DNA of 51,914 nt from an uncultured Bacteriovoracaceae bacterium (GCA_964352945.1 CAYGTU010000002.1:1-51914); one strand, 5' to 3'. Shown: positions 8,602 to 16,694, numbered from the stretch's first letter. A program made the numbers and translations. Notes: generated from the sequence alone by a model not told the origin.

Positions 8602-9855
8602 TTGATTAACGGAAAAAGTTTGATTGTTTTAATTTTTTTACTTAGTACTACGACAGTATTCGGAATGTATATTGATGAAGAAGTTAATTCCAAGGCAGAT
8701 GATAAAGTTTTATTAGATCTAGGGAATGGAACAGTTGTCAAAGAAGGATTTTCTTTTGATAATCTTGAAAATGCCTATTACATAAGAGTATCTAATTTAG
8801 TTAATAAACATTCAGCAGAGATCTTAAATAAAGTAAACGTTATTCATTATAAACAAAATGTAGGTGTTATTGTCACCTTGAAGAGCTCAGATGATATAGA
8901 ACAAGTGTCTTTTCTCGCTCATGAACTAAATGGAGCATGTGGTTCGATAATTAAAATATTCGATAAAGAGCACAAAAAGACTAATAAGTTAGCCCTACCC
9001 ATTATTTCTGTAGATGATGTGCGCCAAGACTTCCTTGAAGCTTTGGGGAGTGTGAAGGGCGATAGAATAAAAGAGGAAGTTAACTACTATATCGGTTTTC
9101 ATAATCGCCATAGCCGGACTGACATTGGTAAGAAATTTCCGAAAGAGTTAGAAAAACGATATCTAAGTCTCGCTAAAAAATTCAATAGAAAAATAATCAC
9201 GAAGCTTGTGGCCTCAGAAGGTCCTGGATCACAAGAGAGCTTAATAGTAACTATCCCAGGCTTGAATGATGAAATTGTTATTATAGGAAGCCATCTTGAT
9301 AACACATGCTCTGGTTGTGACGGAAGACGTATGTATGGAGAGGATGACAACGCAAGTGGTACAGGAACAAACTTTGAAGTTCTAAGGGCGATCTTTGAAA
9401 ATAATATAAACTTCCAACGAACGCTCGAGATCCATGCCTATGCGGCTGAAGAGCAAGGGCTAGTGGGGAGCTATACCGTTGCTGAAAGGTATGATTCGGA
9501 GAACAAAGTCGTTGTGGCAATGCTTCAAAACGATATGAATCTTAACAACCCTAATGATGAAATTAAAATAGCTTTTGACTATACTGGTAATACAGAATTG
9601 AATGATTCACTGAAGAAGCTTCTTTCTGGATATATGCCCGAGATCCCTTTTAGAGACAGAAGTATTCCTGGAAGTAGTGACCATAAATCATGGCAAAGAT
9701 TTGGTGTGCCAGCTTCTTTTCCGTGGGAAAACTCTTACTACAGTGGTATTCACACCCGTCATGATCATGCAAAATCTAGCTTTGATTACGAGCAAGCAGC
9801 TGTGTTTGGAAGGTTATCATTCCTCTTTACACTTCATTTCGCAGGTACCTTATAA
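8602..9855 (+). CDS. M28-family zinc aminopeptidase, secreted
   Basis: TTG start 5 nt after AGGAGG. Signal peptide. IIGSHLDN, EDDNASGT, YAAEEQGLVGS, NDM and SDHKSW motifs of M28 peptidases. Confidence 0.85.
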   Translation: MINGKSLIVLIFLLSTTTVFGMYIDEEVNSKADDKVLLDLGNGTVVKEGFSFDNLENAYYIRVSNLVNKHSAEILNKVNVIHYKQNVGVIVTLKSSDDIEQVSFLAHELNGACGSIIKIFDKEHKKTNKLALPIISVDDVRQDFLEALGSVKGDRIKEEVNYYIGFHNRHSRTDIGKKFPKELEKRYLSLAKKFNRKIITKLVASEGPGSQESLIVTIPGLNDEIVIIGSHLDNTCSGCDGRRMYGEDDNASGTGTNFEVLRAIFENNINFQRTLEIHAYAAEEQGLVGSYTVAERYDSENKVVVAMLQNDMNLNNPNDEIKIAFDYTGNTELNDSLKKLLSGYMPEIPFRDRSIPGSSDHKSWQRFGVPASFPWENSYYSGIHTRHDHAKSSFDYEQAAVFGRLSFLFTLHFAGTL

Positions 9856-9896
9856 ATATTACTCTAAATGGCTAAAATATCAATATCAATACTTAT

Positions 9897-9933
9897 AAAG
9901 GCTCGGATTCAAAAATCGAGCCTTTTCTATTTT
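9897..9933 (+). terminator. rho-independent terminator
   Basis: AAAGGCTCG-loop-CGAGCCTTT followed by TCTATTTT, 42 nt after the peptidase stop. Confidence 0.7.
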
Positions 9934-10010
9934 AGACGGTAAGAACAACATTTTAATATCTATTCTAGTCAGTAGTAATAATTTGCAACCTTTAAACGTA
10001 GCTAGAACTT

Positions 10011-10079
10011 CGGATGTCCTCGTTAGGTAGTGGGTAATTTCTCTAAACCGCGACTAGCAAAGTAAATACAAAGATCATT
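10011..10079 (+). repeat. 69-bp direct repeat, copy 2
   Basis: 68/69 identical to 8363..8431, in the same orientation. Confidence 0.9.
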
Positions 10080-10203
10080 TTCATCAAAAACATCTCTGCC
10101 TTAAAGTTAATCGGTTGAATTTAGTATAACATTATTTGATTTTAAATATAGTTCTCCAATCGTTTTATAAAAAACGTATCATTTTTAATATTTGAGTCTA
10201 AAT

Positions 10204-10330
10204 CTACCTACACAAGTAAATGAGTTTTAAGCGGTAGTTATCAAACTTTTTAAAACCATAGGCTGCTCTTTGAATAAGCTTTGCTTTTCGATTAAAGCCC
10301 TCTGTTTTTCCATTTGTAACTCTTCTCCTT
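10204..10330 (-). pseudogene. ISL3-family transposase C-terminal remnant
   Basis: The minus strand reads RRVTNGKTEGFNRKAKLIQRAAYGFKKFDNYRLKLIYLCR*. This is the characteristic ISL3 C-terminal TNGxxEGxNxKxKxxxRxxYGFxxFxNxRxR pattern. In-frame stops lie just upstream and the rest of the gene is absent. Confidence 0.7.
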
Positions 10331-10418
10331 CTAATAAAATTGTTTGTTGCAAAATTATTTTATCAGAAAATGAGCCTGTGCTTACTTTAGTAGAATAGTT
10401 TAGAAACAGTGCTTCCCA

Positions 10419-11303
10419 CTATGAACCGAGAAGAGCCGTTCTTAATGCTTTTGCCAGTTTTTTGACTATTTTATTTTCAGGGAATCCTTTACGGATAACT
10501 ATAATAACATCTAAACTTTGATGCTTTTGATATTTTTTGATTTCTAATTTTTCAATTTGATATTCTTTTTTTAGCATCTGATTTTGTAACTTTATGATAA
10601 AATCAGGACAATGAATTACACTTAATCCAAGTCTTGATGTTTCTAATGCTGTCTCAAGCATTTCAAATTTATATTTAATGCTTCTGTTTATTTCCTCTGG
10701 CCAGTGGTCAAGAGCTTTAACGTCCAATAAGGAATTTTTGATTTTAAGTATTGGAACTGCAAAAGGCCATGAAATAGAATCAATCTTATTATATTTATTA
10801 TTACCAAATATATTAAAATTAAATTTAGTAATCTTTAGATATTCTAAATTAGGATGAGCAATTGGGGCATAAGTTATGCCAATATCTACTTCATTATTTA
10901 GTATGGCCTCTTCTAATGATTCGGGAGGTCTTTCCAATACTTCAAGGGAAAGATTTGAATGGTTAATTTCATCTTGGCAGAATCGGCTAATAAGGTAGGT
11001 AGAGAAAACTTCCCAAGAGGCTATCCTAATTACTTTTTCGGCCACTTTGCGCTCTTTGAGCGAGTCAAAAAAATGATTATATTTTTCTATTAAGTCTCTT
11101 GAATTTCGATAGACTGTTGTTGCTTCTTCTGTTGGCCTTATATTTCTACCATCAGGTACAAATAATTTAACACCAAGTTCATCCTCTAGACTTTTAATTG
11201 ATTTAGATAGTGAACCTGATGACATTTTAATGAATTCTGCTGCTTTTCGCATACTGCCAAGCTCGTATACTGAAATAAAGTACTTAATCTTATTGATCTC
11301 CAT
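10419..11303 (-). CDS. LysR-family transcriptional regulator
   Basis: N-terminal wHTH MEINKIKYFISVYELGSMRKAAEFIKMSSGSLSKSIKSLEDELGVKLF and a roughly 200-aa substrate-binding-like C-terminus. Confidence 0.85.
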   Translation of the reverse strand: MEINKIKYFISVYELGSMRKAAEFIKMSSGSLSKSIKSLEDELGVKLFVPDGRNIRPTEEATTVYRNSRDLIEKYNHFFDSLKERKVAEKVIRIASWEVFSTYLISRFCQDEINHSNLSLEVLERPPESLEEAILNNEVDIGITYAPIAHPNLEYLKITKFNFNIFGNNKYNKIDSISWPFAVPILKIKNSLLDVKALDHWPEEINRSIKYKFEMLETALETSRLGLSVIHCPDFIIKLQNQMLKKEYQIEKLEIKKYQKHQSLDVIIVIRKGFPENKIVKKLAKALRTALLGS

Positions 11304-11390
11304 ATGGAATCATATTCTTCTTATTATTCGCTTTTGTCAAAGAGTCTTTTAACTTAAATTATATAAAAACTATGAAATGGAGGTTGAATT

Positions 11391-11750
11391 ATGTTTTTTA
11401 AAATATCATTTTTATTATTGGCCATTATTACCACTAACATTTATGCAGAAGAAAACTCATTTGTTTATGGTGAATCTTACTACTCATTTCGTGCAACAGG
11501 AAATGAGATTCAAGTGGCAAAGATTAAAGCAAAACAAAAAGCCGAGAAAAGATGTATTAGTGAGGTATCGAGAATTTCTGATTGGAGTAAAGACGAAATG
11601 TATAATCGGTACGATGACCCTTACTATAGAATCTCTGCAAAATTTCAATGCTTAGAGAATAATCTCGACTGGGGTGGGAAATCGTGTTTCGAACCTGTCA
11701 GACGTTGTAATACAGGGACAAGAAATAGAGACTGTCCTCCATGCTATTGA
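11391..11750 (+). CDS. small secreted Cys-containing protein, unknown function
   Basis: Signal peptide MFFKISFLLLAIITTNIYA. Divergent from the LysR gene. The overlapping ORF 11377..11655 is judged spurious. Confidence 0.5.
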   Translation: MFFKISFLLLAIITTNIYAEENSFVYGESYYSFRATGNEIQVAKIKAKQKAEKRCISEVSRISDWSKDEMYNRYDDPYYRISAKFQCLENNLDWGGKSCFEPVRRCNTGTRNRDCPPCY

Positions 11751-11757
11751 GGATATT

Positions 11758-12198
11758 ATGAATAATATATTGTTAAAAGAAAATTTAATCTTAAGTCGTT
11801 ATTCTTTAATTGATGTCTTAGAAATGTCTCTTAGATGGTGGATGGGGTACATACTTATTTCCAATAGTGGTGTTGGTATTATCACACCACTGGAAGACTT
11901 AGGAATGCCTCAAAATATCTACAATATTATGAAAGGGATGTGGGACACTGGATTTATGATGCATTTAGTGAAGCTAACTGAGCTAGTAGGAGGGATTTTG
12001 TTGATATTAAATTTCTTTGTCCCTTTAGCACTGCTTGCTCTGATACCAGTTGTGATAAATATTTATGGAGTCCATGTTTTTCTCTTTAACAGTTTTATTA
12101 CAGACGGTCTTTATATGTTGGCCATTTGCGTATTTCTTGTTTTTAGGCATAGAGAAGTATTTAGACCACTATTAAAATTAAATAAATCAAAAATTTAA
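11758..12198 (+). CDS. DoxX-like integral membrane protein
   Basis: ATG at 11758 follows GAGGA (the track ORF starts at 11674). Several TM segments, e.g. LVGGILLILNFFVPLALLALIPVVINIYGVHVFLF. Confidence 0.5.
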   Translation: MNNILLKENLILSRYSLIDVLEMSLRWWMGYILISNSGVGIITPLEDLGMPQNIYNIMKGMWDTGFMMHLVKLTELVGGILLILNFFVPLALLALIPVVINIYGVHVFLFNSFITDGLYMLAICVFLVFRHREVFRPLLKLNKSKI

Positions 12199-12356
12199 TT
12201 GGTTAGTTTTGTAGAAAAGCTTTCGAGTGATCCAAGACCACTCGAAACTTTTCTAACAGCTTCCTTTTTTACTTCTTTATAGGCCTTCTGATAAGCAAAG
12301 TTGCCAGCAAAAAATAATAGGGCAAGTGCAAATAGTAATTCTCCAAATGTTTTCAT
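12195..12356 (-). CDS. 53-aa membrane peptide (module copy 2)
   Basis: MKTFGELLFALALLFFAGNFAYQKAYKEVKKEAVRKVSSGLGSLESFSTKLTN. ATGA overlap with the upstream stop. High nucleotide identity to 7684..7845. Confidence 0.6.
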   Translation of the reverse strand: MKTFGELLFALALLFFAGNFAYQKAYKEVKKEAVRKVSSGLGSLESFSTKLTN

Positions 12357-12703
12357 AATTCTTCCTTATGTAAGTTTTTTTTAACAACCTCTTGGATAGT
12401 ACTTTTTGTCCAAGATTTCTTGAGTTTGGTTTTATAATTTTTGTTATTTAGCTCTAAGGCAATTTTAGGGTTAGATAGTCCTCGCTCCCTTAATTCTAGA
12501 ATGAGCTTAATAATGTTTTGCTCACCCTTATGCTCAATCAATTGACCACTAACTTTCTTCCAGCCAAAACTCTCATGCTTGGGCTTTCTATCTCTTGATA
12601 GACTATATTTTTGAATAGCATTTTTGATTGTAGAACAAGGCCAGCTAGTAAATTTAGAAATTTCTACGACTGAAAGCTGTTTTTCTATATATAGTTTCCG
12701 CAA
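12353..12703 (-). CDS. HTH protein with recombinase-domain-like C-terminus (module copy 2)
   Basis: Paralog of 7842..8330 (FGWKKVSGQLIEHKGEQNIIKLILELRERGLSNPKIALELNNKNYKTKLKKSWTKSTIQEV). TTG start. The frame stays open and homologous upstream to about 12823 without a canonical start codon. Confidence 0.6.
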   Translation of the reverse strand: MRKLYIEKQLSVVEISKFTSWPCSTIKNAIQKYSLSRDRKPKHESFGWKKVSGQLIEHKGEQNIIKLILELRERGLSNPKIALELNNKNYKTKLKKSWTKSTIQEVVKKNLHKEEL

Positions 12704-12775
12704 AGTTTGTAGATTTTCCGATGGGAAAGAGAGGAAATGTATAAAGAAAACAGTTACTTGATGCAGACCTGTAAA

Positions 12776-12790
12776 GTGTTCGTCACGCGT
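12776..12790. repeat. 15-nt motif GTGTTCGTCACGCGT (inverted partner of 8336..8350)
   Basis: Exact reverse complement of 8336-8350. A nearby hairpin CATCACAA-GTC-TTGTGATG is at about 12808-12826. Confidence 0.7.
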
Positions 12791-12860
12791 ATGGTAACCA
12801 CCACCATCACAAGTCTTGTGATGCTAGACAATCTTCTAAGCCGTTTATATAGTGCTTAGT

Positions 12861-13643
12861 ATGAAAACTATATTTTTACTCCTTATAATCTCTACCTCAT
12901 CTTTTGGTGAAGTCTTAGTTTATCAAAATAATTTTGACTCAGTTGAATCTCTTAGAGACTGGAAGCTAGAGGGCAATGGGAAAGTGAAGATTAAGGAGGG
13001 AGCACTCTCTTTAAAGTCAATTTTTTGGAAAAAAACTCATAAATATTACTTACAGCATCGAAATACACAAACAGGGATTATAAAGAAAAGAAAGCTTGAT
13101 AAAAAGATTAAGAATCTGAAATGGCTTAGTGGTAAATCTTCTTCTTATGGTCATATTGTTTTTTGGAATAAATCTGAACTCCCTAAAAACTATAAACTTA
13201 CTTATGACTTTAAAAGTGAGTCAGAGATAGGGTTGTTTATTCTATTTTTCAATGCAAAAAGTAAGAATGGTAAAGACATTTTCGATTCTTCACTTAAGTC
13301 CAGAAATGGAAAGTTCAGTCAATATGTAAATGGTGATATAAATAATTACCATATTTCTTATCATGCAAAAAACTATGGCGTTGTTAGAGGTATGTCTAAC
13401 TTGAGAAAGAATAGTGGATTTAAGCTTGCTAGTTCAGGGGAAGATGTTGCAGCAATGAATAGTAAGAAGTGGCTGAAAATTGAGCTGATCAAGCAAGGTA
13501 GTCATATTACTTTTAGTGTTGATGGGGAAGTAGTCATCGAACATAAAGACAAGGAAAATGTCTATCACAATGGTAAAGTAGGTTTTCGTCATATGCTTCA
13601 GGGTAATGGGCTTTATGATAATTTAAAAATCTATGAATTGTAG
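12861..13643 (+). CDS. secreted jelly-roll (DUF1961/YesU-like) protein
   Basis: ATG at 12861 with signal peptide MKTIFLLLIISTSSFG. NNYHISYHAKNYGVVRGMSNLRKNSGFKL and GKVGFRHM resemble my recollection of DUF1961 proteins. Confidence 0.4.
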   Translation: MKTIFLLLIISTSSFGEVLVYQNNFDSVESLRDWKLEGNGKVKIKEGALSLKSIFWKKTHKYYLQHRNTQTGIIKKRKLDKKIKNLKWLSGKSSSYGHIVFWNKSELPKNYKLTYDFKSESEIGLFILFFNAKSKNGKDIFDSSLKSRNGKFSQYVNGDINNYHISYHAKNYGVVRGMSNLRKNSGFKLASSGEDVAAMNSKKWLKIELIKQGSHITFSVDGEVVIEHKDKENVYHNGKVGFRHMLQGNGLYDNLKIYEL

Positions 13644-13654
13644 TAATCTGTAGT
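13637..13654 (+). repeat. 18-nt exact repeat ATTGTAGTAATCTGTAGT, copy 1
   Basis: Identical to 15779..15796. Contains the TAG stop of ORF 12861..13643. Confidence 0.8.
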
Positions 13655-13782
13655 CTATTAGAAAATACAGTCAGCAAAATAAGATAGTTATAGGGCCTTG
13701 ACCACCTCCACCAAAAACTCTTTATACAAAACCTTATTTCCAACGACTTGGAATTCATCTCCTGCAAAAGAAGCTGGAAATA

Positions 13783-13825
13783 GGTGCCAGCAGACTATCT
13801 TGTGAACGTTGCGTTAGAACAGCAC
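13783..13825 (+). repeat. REP-like palindromic element, degenerate copy
   Basis: GGTGCCAGCAGACTATCTTGTGAACGTTGCGTTAGAACAGCAC. The left arm is intact; the right part is decayed or deleted. Confidence 0.6.
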
Positions 13826-13943
13826 ATTTCGAATTTGATATAAGTCAAATAGTGAATGAATATAAGTCAATCTTCAGATTTTAATCCCTATCATTAAACG
13901 AAATGAAATAAATTAATTTATAATAAAAAATCAAAGGGATAAT

Positions 13944-14951
13944 ATGAAATACTTAGTATTACTTTTAATTGCGTTTAATTTATTATCGGCCAAAGCTGAT
14001 GTGCCATTTACAATGGGTGGCACGTTAACTTATAAAGATAATTTTTTAGAATTTCAGTGCATAGAAGTTTTTGAAGATGAGTCCTGTTCACGAATGAGGC
14101 TTAAATATAAAGATGGAAAATCAGCTACCTTTAGAACAATAAATGTAGATAAATATAAAAAAATCGCAAGTAAGAGTCTTAGGCGTTATAGAAAAAGAAA
14201 TAATAAGGAGATAATTTTCACTACATCTCTTGTTTGTGGAGATATATCTGGTTTTTGGATGGCCGATTTAGCAGGTTTATTGGCATTTTCAGGTTGTTCA
14301 TTAGTAATGTTGAGTGTAGATGCTGTAAAACTTCCTATAGTAGTTCCTTTTTTGATTGGAAAAGGACTTGTTGGTACTTTAACACCAAAAAGATTTCTCG
14401 AAAATCTTAATACTTTACTTGATCCAAAAAACCTAGGAATGAGAAAAAACATTTCAAGAAATTCCTTTTATTCAATAAAGAATGGAATTGAAGGCGCATT
14501 AAATAAATTGAATACTCTTTCTGAGTTTGAGAAAAGAGAGAATATGGGTAAATGCGCTGTGAAATTTGTGCAAGATAAGGAGATTCAAGAAAGAGCTAGA
14601 ATCCACTTTACAAATGCAATTGAATTATCAATGAAACAAGAGCTAGCAAAAATTAATATATACCCAACAAGTACTTATGTGAAATTCGATTTTAATGAAA
14701 AGACCATTGATGGATATCACAATTTATTCTATTCCCTTGATGGTAGGGCTTCTAACTCAGAAATTTCTGTGAAATTAATAAATAGACATACTTACTCTGG
14801 TTCTGAATCGAGTATGAGAGTAGGTGAAGCCAATAGTGCACATGAAGATCGTTGTTTTATCAAAAGTGGCGAATGGGATATTTATATAAAAGATATCAAC
14901 GCAAAAACAAGATATGGTATTTTGAAAAATGTAGCGCGTTTCCGGTTTTAA
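13944..14951 (+). CDS. hypothetical secreted/membrane protein
   Basis: 335 aa. Signal peptide MKYLVLLLIAFNLLSAKA. A hydrophobic segment around residues 100-140. No recognisable domain. Confidence 0.5.
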   Translation: MKYLVLLLIAFNLLSAKADVPFTMGGTLTYKDNFLEFQCIEVFEDESCSRMRLKYKDGKSATFRTINVDKYKKIASKSLRRYRKRNNKEIIFTTSLVCGDISGFWMADLAGLLAFSGCSLVMLSVDAVKLPIVVPFLIGKGLVGTLTPKRFLENLNTLLDPKNLGMRKNISRNSFYSIKNGIEGALNKLNTLSEFEKRENMGKCAVKFVQDKEIQERARIHFTNAIELSMKQELAKINIYPTSTYVKFDFNEKTIDGYHNLFYSLDGRASNSEISVKLINRHTYSGSESSMRVGEANSAHEDRCFIKSGEWDIYIKDINAKTRYGILKNVARFRF

Positions 14952-15340
14952 AAATATGCTTGCGCAAAATAAATGATTCACTAGATAGACTAACGGCTAC
15001 TCGTAAGACAAAGCTTCGCCATAGAAAGCTAGGCTTCCTTAAGAATTTATAAATTATTTGGCATTCGCTTTCTATCATAATAAATCTAAACTACAGACCG
15101 TAAAGATAAAGTGTGCATTTTCTCAATGCTATCACTGAGGAGGGTCAGGCGAGTTGAGAACGTCACTATAGAGAACTAGGCTAAACTTCAAGGTTGGTCA
15201 CTTGCTAAAAAGACGGACTGCTAGCTAACTTCTTGTTTTGTTATTCGGCATATATATACGAGTAGATATTTATTCATTACGGCCGTTACTACAGTTTGTC
15301 GAGTCATCGGTTCCTTGCTAAATTATTATAAAGGAACAAT

Positions 15341-15775
15341 ATGGCCACAAGTTTTACTGAGTCAATTAAAGATTTACCTTCGGAGAGAAAAAAAGACTTA
15401 AAAAGGTTAAGAAAAATTCTTAAAGATAATAAACCTAGAGAAATTTCAGAAGCTTTTGAGGATGATCAGTTGATTTATCGACTTCCACTCAAATACTATC
15501 CAGATGCTTACACAAAAAGACCCCTGATGTATGCAGCACTAACCAATAGAAAGTCTTATATATCTTTAAATTTAATCTCAATTTTTAATGATAAAGTTTA
15601 CCGTCATAAATTTGCTGATAAAATTTTGAAAACAGGAGTTTGCTCTGGTGCTTCTGGTTGCTGTTATAAAATTAAATCAGTAAATGATGACCTAGAGAAA
15701 TTGCTAGAAAAAGAATTAAAGAAAATGACTACAAAAAAGTTTATTTCAATATTCAAAAAGTATCGTGAAAAATAG
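15341..15775 (+). CDS. DUF1801 (YdhG-like) domain protein
   Basis: 144 aa. Pattern KDLKRLRKILKDNKP..ISEAFEDDQLIYRLP...YISLNL resembles the DUF1801 family. Confidence 0.4.
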   Translation: MATSFTESIKDLPSERKKDLKRLRKILKDNKPREISEAFEDDQLIYRLPLKYYPDAYTKRPLMYAALTNRKSYISLNLISIFNDKVYRHKFADKILKTGVCSGASGCCYKIKSVNDDLEKLLEKELKKMTTKKFISIFKKYREK

Positions 15776-15778
15776 CTT

Positions 15779-15796
15779 ATTGTAGTAATCTGTAGT
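15779..15796 (+). repeat. 18-nt exact repeat ATTGTAGTAATCTGTAGT, copy 2
   Basis: Identical to 13637..13654. Starts 4 nt after the stop of ORF 15341..15775. Confidence 0.8.
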
Positions 15797-15836
15797 ACTT
15801 CCAAGAATCACATTAACAATTGAATTTAGTTATGAG

Positions 15837-15948
15837 ACCTCCACCATTCGTCGGAAAATGACCTCGATTGACAGTTGTACTTTCAAAAATGAAATAAACT
15901 ATGACTTCAAATCATAAACTATAGAATATGAAAAATAGTTTTGATAAT
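15837..15948 (+). repeat. 112-bp direct repeat, copy a
   Basis: ACCTCCACCATTCGTCGGAAAATGA...TAGTTTTGATAAT. 110/112 identical to 16583..16694. Contains TTGACA. Confidence 0.9.
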
Positions 15949-15975
15949 ACTCCAAGATTAATTTGGAGGAAATAA

Positions 15976-16485
15976 ATGTCTGAAATTACAGTAAACAGAA
16001 TAGAACGAATGATCTATATTATTAGAGGCCAGAAGGTCATGCTTGATAGCGATTTGGCAGAACTTTACGAGGTCGAAACGAAGATGCTCAAGCGGGCAGT
16101 TAGACGTAATATTGAACGTTTTCCAGATGACTTTATGTTCGAACTAGCTAAAGAAGAATTAGAGAATTGGAGGTACCAATTTGGCACCTCCAATTATTCT
16201 AAGATGGGTTTAAGGGTGCAACCATTTGTTTTTACTGAGCAAGGAGTGACCATGCTTTCCAGTGTTCTTCGTAGTCAAAAGGCAATTCAGGTTAATATTT
16301 CGATAGTAAGGATATTTGTTAAAATGAGAAAGTTGCTAGCTTCTGAAGAATCATTAACTAACAAATTGGAGCAGTTGGAAAAGGGCTCAGATAAGTTGTT
16401 TCGTATCGTGTTTGAAAGATTAGATAGTCTGGAGGGAAATATCCCGCTTCTTCCTAAGGACAGGAACAAAGTAGGGCTAAAGTAA
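15976..16485 (+). CDS. ORF6N-domain (KilA-N-like DNA-binding) protein
   Basis: RMIYIIRGQKVMLDSDLAELYEVETKMLKRAVRRNIERFPDDFMFEL...FVFTEQGVTMLSSVLRSQKAIQVNISIVRIF is the typical ORF6N pattern. Confidence 0.8.
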   Translation: MSEITVNRIERMIYIIRGQKVMLDSDLAELYEVETKMLKRAVRRNIERFPDDFMFELAKEELENWRYQFGTSNYSKMGLRVQPFVFTEQGVTMLSSVLRSQKAIQVNISIVRIFVKMRKLLASEESLTNKLEQLEKGSDKLFRIVFERLDSLEGNIPLLPKDRNKVGLK

Positions 16486-16582
16486 TCTTTTCATTTGTTA
16501 AAGTTTGGATTCATGCGGAAGTTTTAATTTTCCAGAATCATTGACCTTTAAAAAAACTAGAAAAATAATTGATTAGATTCAA

Positions 16583-16694
16583 ACCTCCACCATTCGTCGG
16601 AAAATGATCTCGATTGACAGTTGTATTTTCAAAAATGAAATAAACTATGACTTCAAATCATAAACTATAGAATATGAAAAATAGTTTTGATAAT
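16583..16694 (+). repeat. 112-bp direct repeat, copy b
   Basis: 110/112 identical to 15837..15948. Followed 12 nt later by a REP-like element. Confidence 0.9.

Noticed and set aside
1581-9898. Track ORFs 1581..1838, 3047..3256, 3768..4070, 5205..5486, 6531..6770, 7467..7667, 9099..9350, 9281..9520 and 9677..9898
   Set aside because: They lie antisense or out of frame inside well-supported longer genes (cusC, cusB, cusA, DUF3347-like, M28 peptidase). They have no RBS or domain signal.
12704-12823. Extending HTH gene copy 2 upstream to include the open, homologous frame (HHKTCDGGGYHTRDEHFTGLHQVTVFFIHFLSFPSENLQT)
   Set aside because: The stretch has no ATG, GTG or TTG and no RBS. It is noted as evidence of decay or an alternative start, but is not annotated as CDS.
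15088-15294. The 8-mers ACTACAGA (15088) and TTACTACA (15287) are inverted relative to the 18-mer. They might form terminal inverted repeats around ORFs 13944..14951 and 15341..15775.
   Set aside because: 8-nt matches are expected by chance in about 104 kb of two-strand AT-rich sequence, and there is no extended complementarity.
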